64,000 nucleotides of DNA from an uncultured Chloroflexia bacterium (GCA_963743215.1 CAVUOY010000008.1:256275-320274), one strand, 5' to 3'; positions 30,021 to 41,521 are shown, numbered from the stretch's first letter. Notes: generated from the sequence alone by a model not told the origin. Made by a program: numbers and translations.

Positions 30021-30058
30021 GCATGGTAATAGCTGATATTATTCAGCTATTACCATGC
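30021..30058 (+). promoter_or_regulatory. Perfect 16-bp stem-loop between the SBP and first permease gene
   Basis: GCATGGTAATAGCTGA-tattat-TCAGCTATTACCATGC is read directly. No U-tract follows. Confidence 0.6.
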
Positions 30059-30101
30059 TAATTACTCTATGGCTAATTGCGACCAGTAGAATAATGAAAA
30101 T

Positions 30102-31139
30102 ATGACTAAATATATTCTGAGACGAATATTACAAGCCATACCATTATTGTTTATTATCAGCCTGGTTCTATTTTTGTTAATGCGGAATATGGGTGATCCA
30201 ATTGCTTCTATGGCGGGGAGAAGGGTCACACGTGCGGATGACCAAATCCGACTAACACGACAACTAGGATTGGATCAGCCTATTTATATGCAATACATTT
30301 ACTGGTTGATAGGTAACGATTGGACAAAAACCGATGTAAATGGGGACGGTATTGCTGAAACACCAGGAATACGGCATGGCATACTCAGGGGAGATTTTGG
30401 AACATCACTGGTAAATCGGGGTGTACCCGTTATAAAGCTGATTGGCGAACGACTGCCAAATACTCTAATATTAATGCTCGTAGCAGAAGCGGTGATTATT
30501 TTTGGGTCATTGATCATTGGAGTCTATTCAGCAGTACGACAATACTCAGCGTTGGACAATATCATGACGGGATTTTCGTTTATCGCATATTCGATGCCTA
30601 TTTTCTTTGTGGCATTAATATCGATGTATGTATTTGGTTACCTATTTAAAACTTGGGGATTACCATATTTGCCTACGGTAGGAATGTTCGACCCAAATTA
30701 TGGAAAAACAGTCGGACAAGTGGCGTTACATTTGATATTACCTACTTTCAGCATGTCATTAATCAGCTTTGCTGCGTATAGCCGATATATTCGCAGCACG
30801 ATGCTGGAAGTGATGAACCAGGATTATATTCGCACTGCTAAATCTAAGGGATTGCCAAAACCAGCCATCATATTTATTCATGCATTAAAAAATGCTTCTT
30901 TACCCATCGTCACGGTGGTGGGGTTGGATTTACCCTTGTTGTTGGGAGGAGCGTTAGTTACCGAGCAAATATTTGCCTGGCCGGGCATGGGGCGGTTATT
31001 CCTCGATCATTTGTCGCGGGTAGATGTATCGGTGGTGATGGGAATATTAATGATAATAGCAGTCGCGGTAGTGGTGTTCCAAATAATTACCGATATTGCG
31101 TATGCGTGGCTTGACCCTCGGATCAGGTATGGGACATAG
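30102..31139 (+). CDS. ABC transporter permease (DppB/OppB type)
   Basis: 345 aa with six TM segments. The EAA-loop region reads IRTAKSKGLPKPAIIFIHALKNASLPIVT. Confidence 0.85.
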   Translation: MTKYILRRILQAIPLLFIISLVLFLLMRNMGDPIASMAGRRVTRADDQIRLTRQLGLDQPIYMQYIYWLIGNDWTKTDVNGDGIAETPGIRHGILRGDFGTSLVNRGVPVIKLIGERLPNTLILMLVAEAVIIFGSLIIGVYSAVRQYSALDNIMTGFSFIAYSMPIFFVALISMYVFGYLFKTWGLPYLPTVGMFDPNYGKTVGQVALHLILPTFSMSLISFAAYSRYIRSTMLEVMNQDYIRTAKSKGLPKPAIIFIHALKNASLPIVTVVGLDLPLLLGGALVTEQIFAWPGMGRLFLDHLSRVDVSVVMGILMIIAVAVVVFQIITDIAYAWLDPRIRYGT

Positions 31140-31149
31140 GAGGGATTAA

Positions 31150-32103
31150 ATGAGCTCAGCCATACCTGTACCCAGTAGTATTCCGCATCTCGCCCAGGAT
31201 GAGATTGAATCACCTCCGCTATCTCTGACCAAACTCACATGGCTCCGGTTCAGACGTCATAAGATGGCGATGTTTGGGGCAGTCGTGTTGATCCTATTGG
31301 TCCTGTATTCCTTTTTTGGAGCATTCTTTATCTCCGAAACCTATGCCAACCATAACGATGTAGCACTAGGACCTACAACTCCATCCTTAACGCATCCATT
31401 TGGCACAGATTTAACTGGACGTGACCTGTTAGCGCGAACCATCTATGGAGGCCAGATTTCGCTGGTCATCGGAGTTACAGCAGTTGTAATTGAAACCCTG
31501 GCGGGAGTATTAATTGGGGCAGCTGCGGGATATTATGGTGGTTGGGTGGATGCAATATTAATGCGCATTACCGAGGCGATGCTGAACATCCCCGAGATAT
31601 TCCTGCTGCTGGTAATGGCGAAGGAATTTTCCGGTAAGATTCCTATGGTGACATTGTTAGGAAGAGAATTAAGCGGCAGCGTGATCGTCATCGTTATTAT
31701 TATCGGTTTAACCAGCTGGATGTACCTGGCACGAATCGTCAGAGCAGAATTCCTATCGCTTAAAGAAAATGATTTTGTTCTTGCGGCGAGGGCAACCGGC
31801 ACTTCGAATAGTAGTATTATTTTCAAGCACATCTTACCCAACAGCATGGCTCCAATCATTGTGTCGGCTACACTCGGAGTAGCGAACGCTATCCTGGCTG
31901 AAGCTTACATTAGCTTTTTAGGTCTCGGCGTCCAGGCTCCTACAGCCACATGGGGTAATATGCTGGATGGGGCAAATAATCACATCGATAAACCATGGAT
32001 GTGGTTTTTCCCTGCAATGCTGATTTTATTGACCGTACTCAGCATTAATTTCTTGGGGGATGGATTACGAGATGCATTGGATCCTCACAGCCGGGCTGTA
32101 TAG
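31150..32103 (+). CDS. ABC transporter permease (DppC/OppC type)
   Basis: 317 aa. The EAA-loop region reads FVLAARATGTSNSSIIFKHILPNSMAPIIV. Confidence 0.85.
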   Translation: MSSAIPVPSSIPHLAQDEIESPPLSLTKLTWLRFRRHKMAMFGAVVLILLVLYSFFGAFFISETYANHNDVALGPTTPSLTHPFGTDLTGRDLLARTIYGGQISLVIGVTAVVIETLAGVLIGAAAGYYGGWVDAILMRITEAMLNIPEIFLLLVMAKEFSGKIPMVTLLGRELSGSVIVIVIIIGLTSWMYLARIVRAEFLSLKENDFVLAARATGTSNSSIIFKHILPNSMAPIIVSATLGVANAILAEAYISFLGLGVQAPTATWGNMLDGANNHIDKPWMWFFPAMLILLTVLSINFLGDGLRDALDPHSRAV

Positions 32104-32109
32104 AATCTT

Positions 32110-33115
32110 ATGAATAATAACGCAACGCCATTATTACAAGTTGAGAATCTACGGACCAGGTTTCATATCCCGGAGGGGACAGTTTATGCAGTAAATGGAG
32201 TTTCGTTTTCTGTTAATGAGGGAGAAACGATCGCAGTCGTAGGTGAAAGCGGATGTGGAAAATCAGTCACCATGTTGTCCATACTTGGATTGATCCCAAT
32301 TCCCCCGGGTGAGATAGTGAGTGGGAAAGCGATATTTCGCGATAAAGACTTATTCCACATCTCAGAAAAGGAATTTGAAAACTTACGGGGTGAATCATTA
32401 GCGATGGTTTTCCAGGATCCGATGACTTCTCTGAACCCCGTACTTTCAATTGGAAGGCAAATCACAGAGACATTACGAACACATCTTGGTATGAACCAGG
32501 ACGCAGCTGAAAAGCGGGCGGTTGAATTACTGGACCAGGTTGGAATCCCTGAAGCCGCATCGCGGTTAGGCAATTACCCACATCAATTTTCTGGTGGTAT
32601 GCGTCAGCGGGTGATGATCGCGATGGCTCTCTCATGCATCCCAAGTTTATTGATTGCTGACGAACCAACAACTGCCCTAGATGTGACCATACAGGCACAA
32701 ATTGTTGAGCTTGTGCTCAGATTACGTGAGCAGCTAAAGATGACCATTATTTGGATCACGCATGATCTTGGTGTAGTGGCTGGTCTAGCTGATCGTGTGC
32801 TGGTGATGTATGCGGGTTTTATTGTTGAAGAAGCATTATGTTGATGATTTATACGAAAATCCACAGCATCCATATACATTAGCCCTGTTAGGGGCCTTAC
32901 CTCGGGTGGATCGTAGGCGAGATCATCGTTTAAATTCCATCCCGGGTGCACCACCGAACTTGCTGATTGAACCTAAGTGCTGCCCATTTGCCCCACGCTG
33001 CACACATGTAATTGAAAAATGTAAAGTAGAGAATCCTCCTTTAGTGACAGTGGCTACAAATCATAAGGCTGCATGCTGGGTGGATATCAAGACTATTCTG
33101 GCAGGAAAAGAATGA
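32110..33115 (+). pseudogene. ABC transporter ATP-binding protein (DppD/OppD type), one frameshift
   Basis: ORF 32110..32844 has GESGCGKSV, FSGGMRQRVMIAMAL and LLIADEPTTALD, and ends ...VMYAGFIVEEAL. The conserved oligopeptide C-terminal domain continues in ORF 32810..33115 (VDDLYENPQHPYTLALLGALP...CPFAPRC). The shift is near 32834..32842. Confidence 0.85.
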
Positions 33116-34101
33116 ATACAGAAGCAATGCCGCTTGTAGTAGTTGAAAAGTTAAAGAAATATTTTCCCGCAGGAAGTGGGGCGATTTTTCAACGCAAGAA
33201 GGGCTTTGTTCGAGCGGTAGACGGTATCTCTTTTTCGATAACCAAGGGAGAGACTTTAGGTCTGGTGGGTGAAAGTGGGTGCGGAAAAACCACTGCCGGG
33301 AGGACGATATTAAACTTATATACTCCTACCGAGGGAAGAATAGTTATCGATGGTGAAGAATGGACAAATAGCAATAAGGCTAAACTGAAAGCTTTCCGCC
33401 GTAAGACCGCAATGATTTTCCAGGATCCATATGCATCTCTCAACCCTCGATGGACTGTCAGTGCGATCGTAAGCGAGCCTTTACGGGTTCACAAATTGTT
33501 TAGTGATGAGAAAGAACGTACACAACGGGTGAATGAATTATTGAACCTGGTGGGATTAAGCTCACGGTTGATTAATCGATTCCCTCATGAATTCTCGGGC
33601 GGACAACGCCAACGGATTGGCGTTGCCCGGGCACTGGCTTCTGATCCACTGTTCATTGTTTGCGATGAACCAATATCAGCGCTGGATGTATCAATTCAGG
33701 CACAGGTAGTGAATTTGCTGGAAGAACTGCAGGATAAGTTCGGTTTGACTTACTTGTTTATTGCCCATGACCTGAGTATGGTCAGGCATATATGTGATAG
33801 GGTAGCAGTGATGTATCTGGGGGTGATCGTTGAATTGGGTGAGCGAAATGAAGTATACGAAAACCCGTTTCATCCTTACACGAAAGCATTACTTTCTGCA
33901 GTGCCGATCCCTGATCCAAAGAAAGATCGTGAACGACGGCGGATCATTTTAACTGGAGATGTGCCAAGCCCGATCAATCCACCCAGCGGTTGCAGGTTCC
34001 ACCCTCGCTGCCAATATATGATGGATAGATGTAAGGTGGATATCCCTGAATGGCGCGAGCTATCAAGTGGTCACTGGGCAGCTTGCCATTTATTTTCTTG
34101 A
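33112..34101 (+). CDS. ABC transporter ATP-binding protein (DppF/OppF type)
   Basis: ATG 33112 overlaps the upstream TGA (ATGA). Contains GLVGESGCGKTT, FSGGQRQRIGVARAL and NPFHPYTKALLSAVP. Confidence 0.85.
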   Translation: MNTEAMPLVVVEKLKKYFPAGSGAIFQRKKGFVRAVDGISFSITKGETLGLVGESGCGKTTAGRTILNLYTPTEGRIVIDGEEWTNSNKAKLKAFRRKTAMIFQDPYASLNPRWTVSAIVSEPLRVHKLFSDEKERTQRVNELLNLVGLSSRLINRFPHEFSGGQRQRIGVARALASDPLFIVCDEPISALDVSIQAQVVNLLEELQDKFGLTYLFIAHDLSMVRHICDRVAVMYLGVIVELGERNEVYENPFHPYTKALLSAVPIPDPKKDRERRRIILTGDVPSPINPPSGCRFHPRCQYMMDRCKVDIPEWRELSSGHWAACHLFS

Positions 34102-34136
34102 GCTGGACCAAAACTGCGGGTAATCCCCAAGTTTTT

Positions 34137-35259
34137 TTATAAATCACGCTGATAAATTCGATGGGTCTTGTAGAAGTCGATCCCTAAATCGCGAAGCTCA
34201 CGTTGCATCTTATTGTTATCCACCCCAATTTGAACAATTTCGGCGTGTTTGAAGTTTCCCTCGACAATGCTTTTATGCATCTCGCTGAATAGAATTGCTG
34301 TACCACCCAACCCCTGATACTCCTCTAATATCCCAGCTCCATTAATATTCACCCATTGGGTTCGCTTCATTTCACGCAAAAGGTCAATCCAGCCAAAAGG
34401 GAACATCTGACCTTTGGTACGTTGTACCGCTGCGGAGATATCTGGATAAGCAAATAAAAAGCCAACTGGAGATGCACCTTTCATGATGACCTTGATCAAA
34501 CGTGGATCTGCAAACCATAACAGTTGTTTTGCGATCGATTGGGCTTCTTCATCCGTCAGAGGAATATTTCCCGTCGTGCCTTGCAGTATCCCATTGTACA
34601 CATGCATCAGTTGGGGGACCAGTTCCTGTAAATCCGATCGGGTACGGTATCTGGCAATGGATAATCCTCGCCGCTGTTGAACTAATTCAGAAATCCTATG
34701 GATTTTTGGAGGAAATTGGGTTTCTGCAGATAAATATCCAGAAACGATATCGGATTGAGGCACAAACCCTGCTGCCTCTACCAGCTCGGGATAATAGGGT
34801 GGGTTGTAGGGTATGCCAAACGCAGGGCGATGTTCAAATCCTTTCACCAGCATTCCCAGGCCATCCAAAGATGAATAACCCCTTGGACCGAGAATTTTGG
34901 TTAAACCAGACCTGCGTGCCCATTTATATCCGGCTTCAAACAGAGCACGGGAAGCGTCAAGATCATGCATACTCTCGAAGAGGTAAAAGAAAGCAGTCTG
35001 CTCATGATTGAAATCGTTGTAATGCTGGTTATTAAGTACAGCCAGCCTACCAATCGCAGCCCCATCAGCACTGATTGCCAGGAAAAATGAAGCCGATGAA
35101 TGAAGATAATAAGGATTATGTCAGTGTATCGAATATTTTTTTTGTGTCTGAATTAAGAGTAGGAACCCATTGGGATGTATCACGATAAATTTTATTTGGA
35201 AGGTCGAGAAACTGTTGAGTGCGGTAGCGATCGGATGGGTCTACTTCAATGATTTTCAT
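34137..35259 (-). pseudogene. GNAT-fold acetyltransferase-like protein (substrate unknown), one frameshift
   Basis: This is ORF 34137..34970 plus my own translation upstream. From ATG 35259: MKIIEVDPSDRYRTQQFLDLPNKIYRDTSQWVPTLNSDTKKIFDTL. The next frame reads NPYYLHSSASFFLAISADGAAIGRLAVLNNQHYNDFNHEQTAFFYLFESMHDLDAS... The shift is near 35113..35124. The family call is from memory of similar proteins of about 380 aa. Confidence 0.5.
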
Positions 35260-35301
35260 GGAAGCTATAATGATCCTTATCTTATCATCAAGGCTATGAT
35301 A

Positions 35302-36238
35302 TTAATGATTTTCCCAATTTGACAGGTAAGCTCTCACTTCGTCACAAGATATTTTACGGATGGTGCCTCCAATTGCTGTAGTAGAGAGTCCACCCACGAT
35401 ATTTCCCCATTTTAGACAGGTTTCAATAGGTTGACCGTCCAACCATGCGTATAGAAGACCAGCATTGAAATTATCACCGGCACCGGTCGTATCTACCGGA
35501 TTAACAGATATCGCTGGCACATGGGTAATATTATGATTTGAATACGCCAGGGAGCCATTACTGCCATCTTTGATAACAACCAATGGACATAACTCTCCTA
35601 ACTTGTGAATTGCCTGGTGTAAATCTTGCTCACCGGTCAAGCGTCTCGCTTCAAGCGCATTGGGTAGGAATAAATCTACACTTTTTATTGCCTTTCGAAT
35701 AGCAGTATTTTCTCTTGTGTTCCCAGTTATTTCTCCCGGATGAAGAATTTCCATCCATCACCAGTTTCATTTTTTTTGCTCGGAGCAATTTTCTACCTGC
35801 TGTCAGCAACCCACCGGTATAAAGACCAGGAATAAATACCAGCCTGGCATCCGATTTTACGAGGGCAGGTATTGCAGCTGGAATTTGAGGGTCAGGATCG
35901 TAATAAGTGATAAAGAGACGATCTTCTGGATAGGAGGCGGCAGCTGAGATGCGACGGTAAGGACGATCATGGATGATAAATAGAGAATCATCCAGCCCCT
36001 CTTCACGGGCACATTTCAACGCAAAGCGACTGAAGTCATCATTTCCAAAGTCAGCCGCCCAGGCAACTTTCATTCCCAAGCGATGCATGCTAACTGCAGA
36101 AATATACGCCTCACCAGGCGTCATTGTAAAATCTTTGCCCACCACATCTTTCCCGAGCTGGGGTAATTCAGCCAGACCGGTAAAAATGAGGTCAACAGAA
36201 TAACTACCAACAATTATGACGTCATAATTGGGTGACAT
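35302..36238 (-). pseudogene. PfkB-family carbohydrate kinase, one frameshift
   Basis: ORF 35651..36238 reads DVIIVGSYSVDLIF...KKMKLVMDGN. ORF 35302..35754 reads LHPGEITGN...VDLFLPNALEARRLTG...PVDTTGAGDNFNAGLLYAWL, which holds the PfkB signature. The shift is near 35743..35752. Confidence 0.8.
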
Positions 36239-37609
36239 TTAATGTAATGCCGGGAAATAACCCTGATGTAAATGAATATATTCATCCAGGATGGATTTTG
36301 CTTTGGAATAGTCGCGGACCAATGGATGAATGGTCAAGGCTAGTAGTGCTGTTCGGTATGACTTTTCAACGGAAGCTTGGATGGTTAAGTGTTCATAGTG
36401 CTTCACTTGCTGGATGAGACCCATGCATTGTAAAGGTATACCAGTAACTGCCAATGGATGGATTTGATTATGACTCACATGGGTGGGAATTTCAACGACG
36501 TCTAGATCCTTCAAACAGGAGATTGCACCCTGGTTAGCTACATTCAAGATTTGGAGTTTAGGCTTATCACCTATCAAAGCTTCAATCAGGTTTAAGGCAA
36601 CTCCGGCATAGCCTTCATCGGTGATAGAAGCAAAAATCTTCGGATATAGAACGGCTAAATCGTGAGATTTGCCGGTTTCCTTCACCATGTAAGTACTCCC
36701 ACGCGTGTCCAGATATGCCTGGTAGGTAGCTTGCATCCCAGTATAATCACGAGAAATGGATTTTTCCTTCAAATCTGTAAATAGGATTAGATTTTGCCTG
36801 GCAACCTGCTCTCCACGACATTCTTCGGAATGAAGTATATTCTCTACCGCCTGAAAATTGTAATAATAGTAATAAAGATACTCATTGGGGATCATCCCAA
36901 GGCTCTCGATCAAATCAACGTCAAAAGGTAGCCCGGGTATACCACCTGTGGATTGGATTAATCTGATCATATCTGGTAAATGATCTTTATTTTGATACTT
37001 GATGCTCTTGATCCAACCAAGGTGGTTTAATCCAAAATAATCCAGGTAGACATACTCAGGTTTTGCCGCTAATGCCCCTGCGATCATGGTGTGCATGGAA
37101 GCCGGCCCGTCACAGATGCCAACCACGCGTTGCCAACCACTATAGCGGATGACCGCTTCTGTGAGCATCCCGGCAGGATTGGCGAAGTTAATCAACCAGG
37201 CATTTGGGCAAACCTCCTGCATCTTGCGCACATAATCAATCAGCACCGGAATGGATCGTAGACCCATGGCAAATCCACCTGCGCCAGTAGTCTCCTGGCC
37301 CAGGAGACCATGATTTAACGGCACGCGCTCATCGATGACACGTGACTCAATCCCACCAACCCGAAATGTGGTGATGACGAAATCTGCAGCCTCCAACGCT
37401 AAATACGGGTCAGTGGTGCGAGTAATGCGGAAGTTTGTGGAAGAAGCTTGTTCAATTGGTGACGTCAATTCTCCGATTAGATTTAACCGCTCATTATCGA
37501 TGTCCATCAGCGCAAGCTCTTGTAGATCAAGCTTATCCTGACGGTTAAGCATCGCCTTGACGATCAGGGGCGTACGGACGCCGGCGGCACCAATAATAGC
37601 GATTTTCAT
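36239..37609 (-). CDS. GH4-family NAD/Mn-dependent glycosidase (6-phospho-glucosidase / alpha-galactosidase-like)
   Basis: MKIAIIGAAGVRTPLIVKAM (Rossmann fold), NFANPAGMLTEA and VVGICDGP. ATG 37609 lies 1 nt after the MFS stop codon, and the stop abuts the PfkB start. Confidence 0.8.
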   Translation of the reverse strand: MKIAIIGAAGVRTPLIVKAMLNRQDKLDLQELALMDIDNERLNLIGELTSPIEQASSTNFRITRTTDPYLALEAADFVITTFRVGGIESRVIDERVPLNHGLLGQETTGAGGFAMGLRSIPVLIDYVRKMQEVCPNAWLINFANPAGMLTEAVIRYSGWQRVVGICDGPASMHTMIAGALAAKPEYVYLDYFGLNHLGWIKSIKYQNKDHLPDMIRLIQSTGGIPGLPFDVDLIESLGMIPNEYLYYYYYNFQAVENILHSEECRGEQVARQNLILFTDLKEKSISRDYTGMQATYQAYLDTRGSTYMVKETGKSHDLAVLYPKIFASITDEGYAGVALNLIEALIGDKPKLQILNVANQGAISCLKDLDVVEIPTHVSHNQIHPLAVTGIPLQCMGLIQQVKHYEHLTIQASVEKSYRTALLALTIHPLVRDYSKAKSILDEYIHLHQGYFPALH

Positions 37610-37610
37610 G

Positions 37611-38924
37611 CTAAGCCACATCCTGAAAAGCAGGATTTTGAGTCTTTCGCTCCTGCTCAGCCCTGGCAGACATTTCACTCCTTAGAGTAGTGATATCCTT
37701 ATTAATATAACGGGAAGTAAAGAAAAAGAACAAAGCACATAACACCCAGGTGAATATGCAGATGATCAGAAATGCATTTTTCAACGTTGTTCGATCTGCG
37801 ATCATGCCGACAATAAGTGGTGCTGAGGCGGCACCAGCTGATTCGATAAAATATTGGATCGATAGGGCTGTGCTTCGAACTTCGGGCAAGGTAACATCGT
37901 ACACAGTCGAAATGACGTTCGGGGATGCAAAGGGCATGAACAAGGCAGTACATCCGAGCAAAATGGTGAACAAGAGCACATCCTCGTTGGGAACATTCAA
38001 TGTGAACCACAAAAAGATTGCCCCAAGCAGCACTCCAATCATGGAAATAATCAATCGGCCTCGTTTATCACGTTTAAACAAGAAATCTCCAAGTGAACCA
38101 CCAATAGGATAACCGATGGCGAGAATGATAACCGCTAAGGCCATGACCATTGTTCTGGTGCTATCTGAGAATCCACGTTCGGAGCCAAGATATAAAAAGA
38201 ACCAAATGGTTATTGCATTCCATGGGAAGACTCCAAAAAAACCTTGAATAAAAAGTAATAACAGACTCGGTTTCTTAAATAAATCTTTTGCGATTTTCCA
38301 ACTAAACCGATATTGCCCGAGGATTTCATGTTCAGCCATCTCTGGCTCACTTTGACCGCGTGGAACATCCTTGACCCCAAAAAATATTACGATTGCCATA
38401 ACCACGCCCAGGGAACCTGTTATATAAAATATTCCTCGCCACCCGAGAGTGGAGGCATACATCCCACCTAAAACTAAAGCAACCAGGTAACCCAAGGGTT
38501 GTGCGAATTGGAGTAATCCATATACGATTCCCCGAATTTTTGGAGCAAAGTAATCTGATACCAGACTATAGAGGCCAGGGTAACTCGAGTCATCGATGCC
38601 AGTAGATGATCTTGTCATGAGGAATGAAGAGTAGTTGGGTGCAATCGCATTCAACCAGGTGGTGGAACCCCAAATCAATGAGGCAAGGGCGAGTAATTTT
38701 GGACGGGTAAACCGGTCATATAAATATCCCCAGAGGGGATAAAAAATGGCCCCAACGACCATTGCACCTGTAGATACAGCGCCCATCTGGGTTAAGCTGA
38801 TATTGAAATCTTTGATAATATTTTCGGTCAGCGGACCAATCAGGAGCTTATCAGCTTGGTGGAGCAGAACAAAGAAGAAGAATATTACAATTACAAACCA
38901 ACGATAACCCGATGATGATTTCAT
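37611..38924 (-). CDS. MFS transporter
   Basis: 437 aa with about 12 TM segments. The MFS loop motif region reads GYLYDRFTRPKLLALA. Confidence 0.8.
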   Translation of the reverse strand: MKSSSGYRWFVIVIFFFFVLLHQADKLLIGPLTENIIKDFNISLTQMGAVSTGAMVVGAIFYPLWGYLYDRFTRPKLLALASLIWGSTTWLNAIAPNYSSFLMTRSSTGIDDSSYPGLYSLVSDYFAPKIRGIVYGLLQFAQPLGYLVALVLGGMYASTLGWRGIFYITGSLGVVMAIVIFFGVKDVPRGQSEPEMAEHEILGQYRFSWKIAKDLFKKPSLLLLFIQGFFGVFPWNAITIWFFLYLGSERGFSDSTRTMVMALAVIILAIGYPIGGSLGDFLFKRDKRGRLIISMIGVLLGAIFLWFTLNVPNEDVLLFTILLGCTALFMPFASPNVISTVYDVTLPEVRSTALSIQYFIESAGAASAPLIVGMIADRTTLKNAFLIICIFTWVLCALFFFFTSRYINKDITTLRSEMSARAEQERKTQNPAFQDVA

Positions 38925-38980
38925 ATACCAACCTTATATGATTATTTTTGAAGTCTGAGCAATTTTACACTGAAAGTAGA

Positions 38981-40201
38981 TTATTCAGATAGTACGGAAG
39001 GTTGCACGACAGGTTGTTTTCTGGATAGGATTAAAAAGCCCAGGATACCCAGGATGCCAACGACAAAGCCACCATACCATGTGGCGACGGGAGCAACATT
39101 ATCATTAAGGAAACCTCCCATTAGAGGTCCAATTCCAGCAGCAGCACTCCAGGTGAGCCCTGCCACACTCATATAACGACCGCGCATATCCGGAGGGGCT
39201 AATGCAGCCACGTAGGTCGAAACTGTGGGCATCAAGATTAATTCACCAATCGTCATGATAATCATGCTGATCCAGAAACCGGTGAAGGAGTGCCCAAATG
39301 CAACACTACCTACACCGAAAGCGTAAAATATCGCACCGATCACCATGACAGGAAAAGGACGATTGCGTTTGGTTATCCGGGTAACGAAAACCTGTAAAAA
39401 GACAACCATCACAGCATTGGTGGTGGGTATAAATCCGTACTGACTTTCGGGAACATTGAAGATGCCATTCGCATAGACAGGCATCAGGATCCACATCAAT
39501 ACTGCACACATTTGAACCAGAATAAAAGCGCCTACGAAAGAGAGAAACTGTGAATCTCTCAACACCTGAATATAACCACCTAGAAGCTTTACTGGATTAT
39601 TCGAAGCATCGGAATGAATTGGTAGCGTTTCATGGGCAAAGAATGCGAGCAATAATCCATAAATTAGCATCCCTATGCCGGCACAGTAAAATGTAATCGA
39701 AAACGACATCGATGAAATAAATCCACCAACTGTAGGTCCAATAGCAATACCTGCATTATTACTGAGCCTCATGAATGCGTAAGCATCGGGTCTTTTTTCA
39801 TGAGGAATCAGATCCGCTAACATGGCATCTGCACCGACACGATAGAGGGGATTGAACGCACCACTCAGAGTCATTAAAATCGCAAAACTGAGATAGCTAT
39901 CCGCATTGCTCATGAAGAAATAGACAAGCCCGTTTCCAACCAGACTGAATACCATCACCCATTTCCGTCCAATCCGATCGATAATCGGGCCAGCGATAAA
40001 GGCTGCTATCAATGCTGAGCCTGCATTGATGGTCATTAAACTGGCTATCTGGGCTAAGGGCAGGTTGACCCGCTGCCTGACATAAATCATCAAAAATGGC
40101 CAGATCATGGAGGAGCCAATTGTGCTGATCAACATTCCAAAGAACATCAGCCTTAATTGGCGAGGATATTGATTCAGAGCAGTTAATGGGTTTTTAAACA
40201 C
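38981..40201 (-). CDS. MFS transporter
   Basis: 406 aa with about 12 TM segments. The loop motif reads GPIIDRIGRKWVMV. Confidence 0.8.
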   Translation of the reverse strand: MFKNPLTALNQYPRQLRLMFFGMLISTIGSSMIWPFLMIYVRQRVNLPLAQIASLMTINAGSALIAAFIAGPIIDRIGRKWVMVFSLVGNGLVYFFMSNADSYLSFAILMTLSGAFNPLYRVGADAMLADLIPHEKRPDAYAFMRLSNNAGIAIGPTVGGFISSMSFSITFYCAGIGMLIYGLLLAFFAHETLPIHSDASNNPVKLLGGYIQVLRDSQFLSFVGAFILVQMCAVLMWILMPVYANGIFNVPESQYGFIPTTNAVMVVFLQVFVTRITKRNRPFPVMVIGAIFYAFGVGSVAFGHSFTGFWISMIIMTIGELILMPTVSTYVAALAPPDMRGRYMSVAGLTWSAAAGIGPLMGGFLNDNVAPVATWYGGFVVGILGILGFLILSRKQPVVQPSVLSE

Positions 40202-40219
40202 CGAAGTACCTGTAAGAAG

Positions 40220-41521
40220 TTAAATTGTAGACAAAACACCTTCAACCGGAATTCCATAGGATTTGGCAATAATTTCAACGGGATGAACAGCAGGTTTTTT
40301 CGTGGCATGAATGATCTGCCAACGGCAAGTCTCACTATCACAAACTACCAGAGGGCTATTGGCCATATCTTCAGAAATAAAGTCGAACAGAGATTGCCCG
40401 ACATCCATCGATATTGCATATTTCTCTTTTTTATAGCCATAAGTACCGGCGATGCCACAACAAGTTGCGTGACTATCAATAATATTCAATCCTGGGATCA
40501 GGCTCAAGATTTGCAAACCGGGTTTTCCAATCCGGTGGGCACGATACTGACAGGGTATATGATAGCCAAGTGTCAAGTTTAGCGGTTTGAAACTCAGATT
40601 TAGCGAACCTTCTCCGTAGAGAAGAAATAAGAACTCGTTAAAATCATAGGTGTGCTCTGCCACCAACTTCGTATTTTCATCGTACATATCCAGTAATTCC
40701 GGGGCTTCTTCCTTCAGAGTAAGCGTACAGCTGGTCGAGGTACCAACGATTGGAATTCCCTGCCTGGCATACTCCACCAGGTTACGGACATTATTTTGGT
40801 GGTATTTTCGAGCAGCGCTAAACTCACCGTTGGATAAAAGTGGTAGACCGCAACAATTTTGTGGCGGGACGATGACTTCATATCCGTTGTGCTCCAATAC
40901 CTGGACAGCAGCCTGACCAATGCGCGGCTCATAATACTGGGTCGAGCAACCATGGAAATAGACGACTTTTTTGGTTGAATTTGCCGGCTTGGAGTGATGC
41001 CTATGCCAGGTTGTAAACAATTGCTGGCTAAAGGCTGGTAATGGTGCAGATTGATGAATAGAGAGCGCAAATTCAATAAATTGACGAATTGGTTTCGTAT
41101 GGAGAGTGAAATTTGCAATGGGTGAGATGGGATGGGCGATTTTCCCCAGTAGCTCCGGTCGGGCGACAAGATTATTCCGTAATCTTAGGCGGAAGGAAAC
41201 TTTACCACTTTCAACAAAGGATGCCCGAGCCCGGGCATTGATCTCAGCTATCTTCACTCCGGTTGGGCAGACCATATTACACGCCCGGCAACCGCTGCAA
41301 TAATCGACGGATTTATCGAGCGAAGGCTGGTTGGATTTACGGAAACGAGCAGCTTGCGGTCCTTCATATTTAGGCCCGGGAAAGAGATCGGTGACAGCAG
41401 ATACGGGGCAAACCGTGGTACAGATATTACACTTCAGGCATTGATCGAGAGAGAACTCAGCTGAAGTGGGTTGATCATCTGATAATTTAGAACGGATAGA
41501 ATTCTCCGAAGGAAGCATCAT
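40220..41521 (-). CDS. glpC: Anaerobic glycerol-3-phosphate dehydrogenase subunit C
   Basis: Two 4Fe-4S motifs (CLKCNICTTVCPV, CSGCRACNMVCPTGV) are followed by two CCG-type Cys-rich domains. It overlaps glpB by 4 nt. Confidence 0.85.
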   Translation of the reverse strand: MMLPSENSIRSKLSDDQPTSAEFSLDQCLKCNICTTVCPVSAVTDLFPGPKYEGPQAARFRKSNQPSLDKSVDYCSGCRACNMVCPTGVKIAEINARARASFVESGKVSFRLRLRNNLVARPELLGKIAHPISPIANFTLHTKPIRQFIEFALSIHQSAPLPAFSQQLFTTWHRHHSKPANSTKKVVYFHGCSTQYYEPRIGQAAVQVLEHNGYEVIVPPQNCCGLPLLSNGEFSAARKYHQNNVRNLVEYARQGIPIVGTSTSCTLTLKEEAPELLDMYDENTKLVAEHTYDFNEFLFLLYGEGSLNLSFKPLNLTLGYHIPCQYRAHRIGKPGLQILSLIPGLNIIDSHATCCGIAGTYGYKKEKYAISMDVGQSLFDFISEDMANSPLVVCDSETCRWQIIHATKKPAVHPVEIIAKSYGIPVEGVLSTI

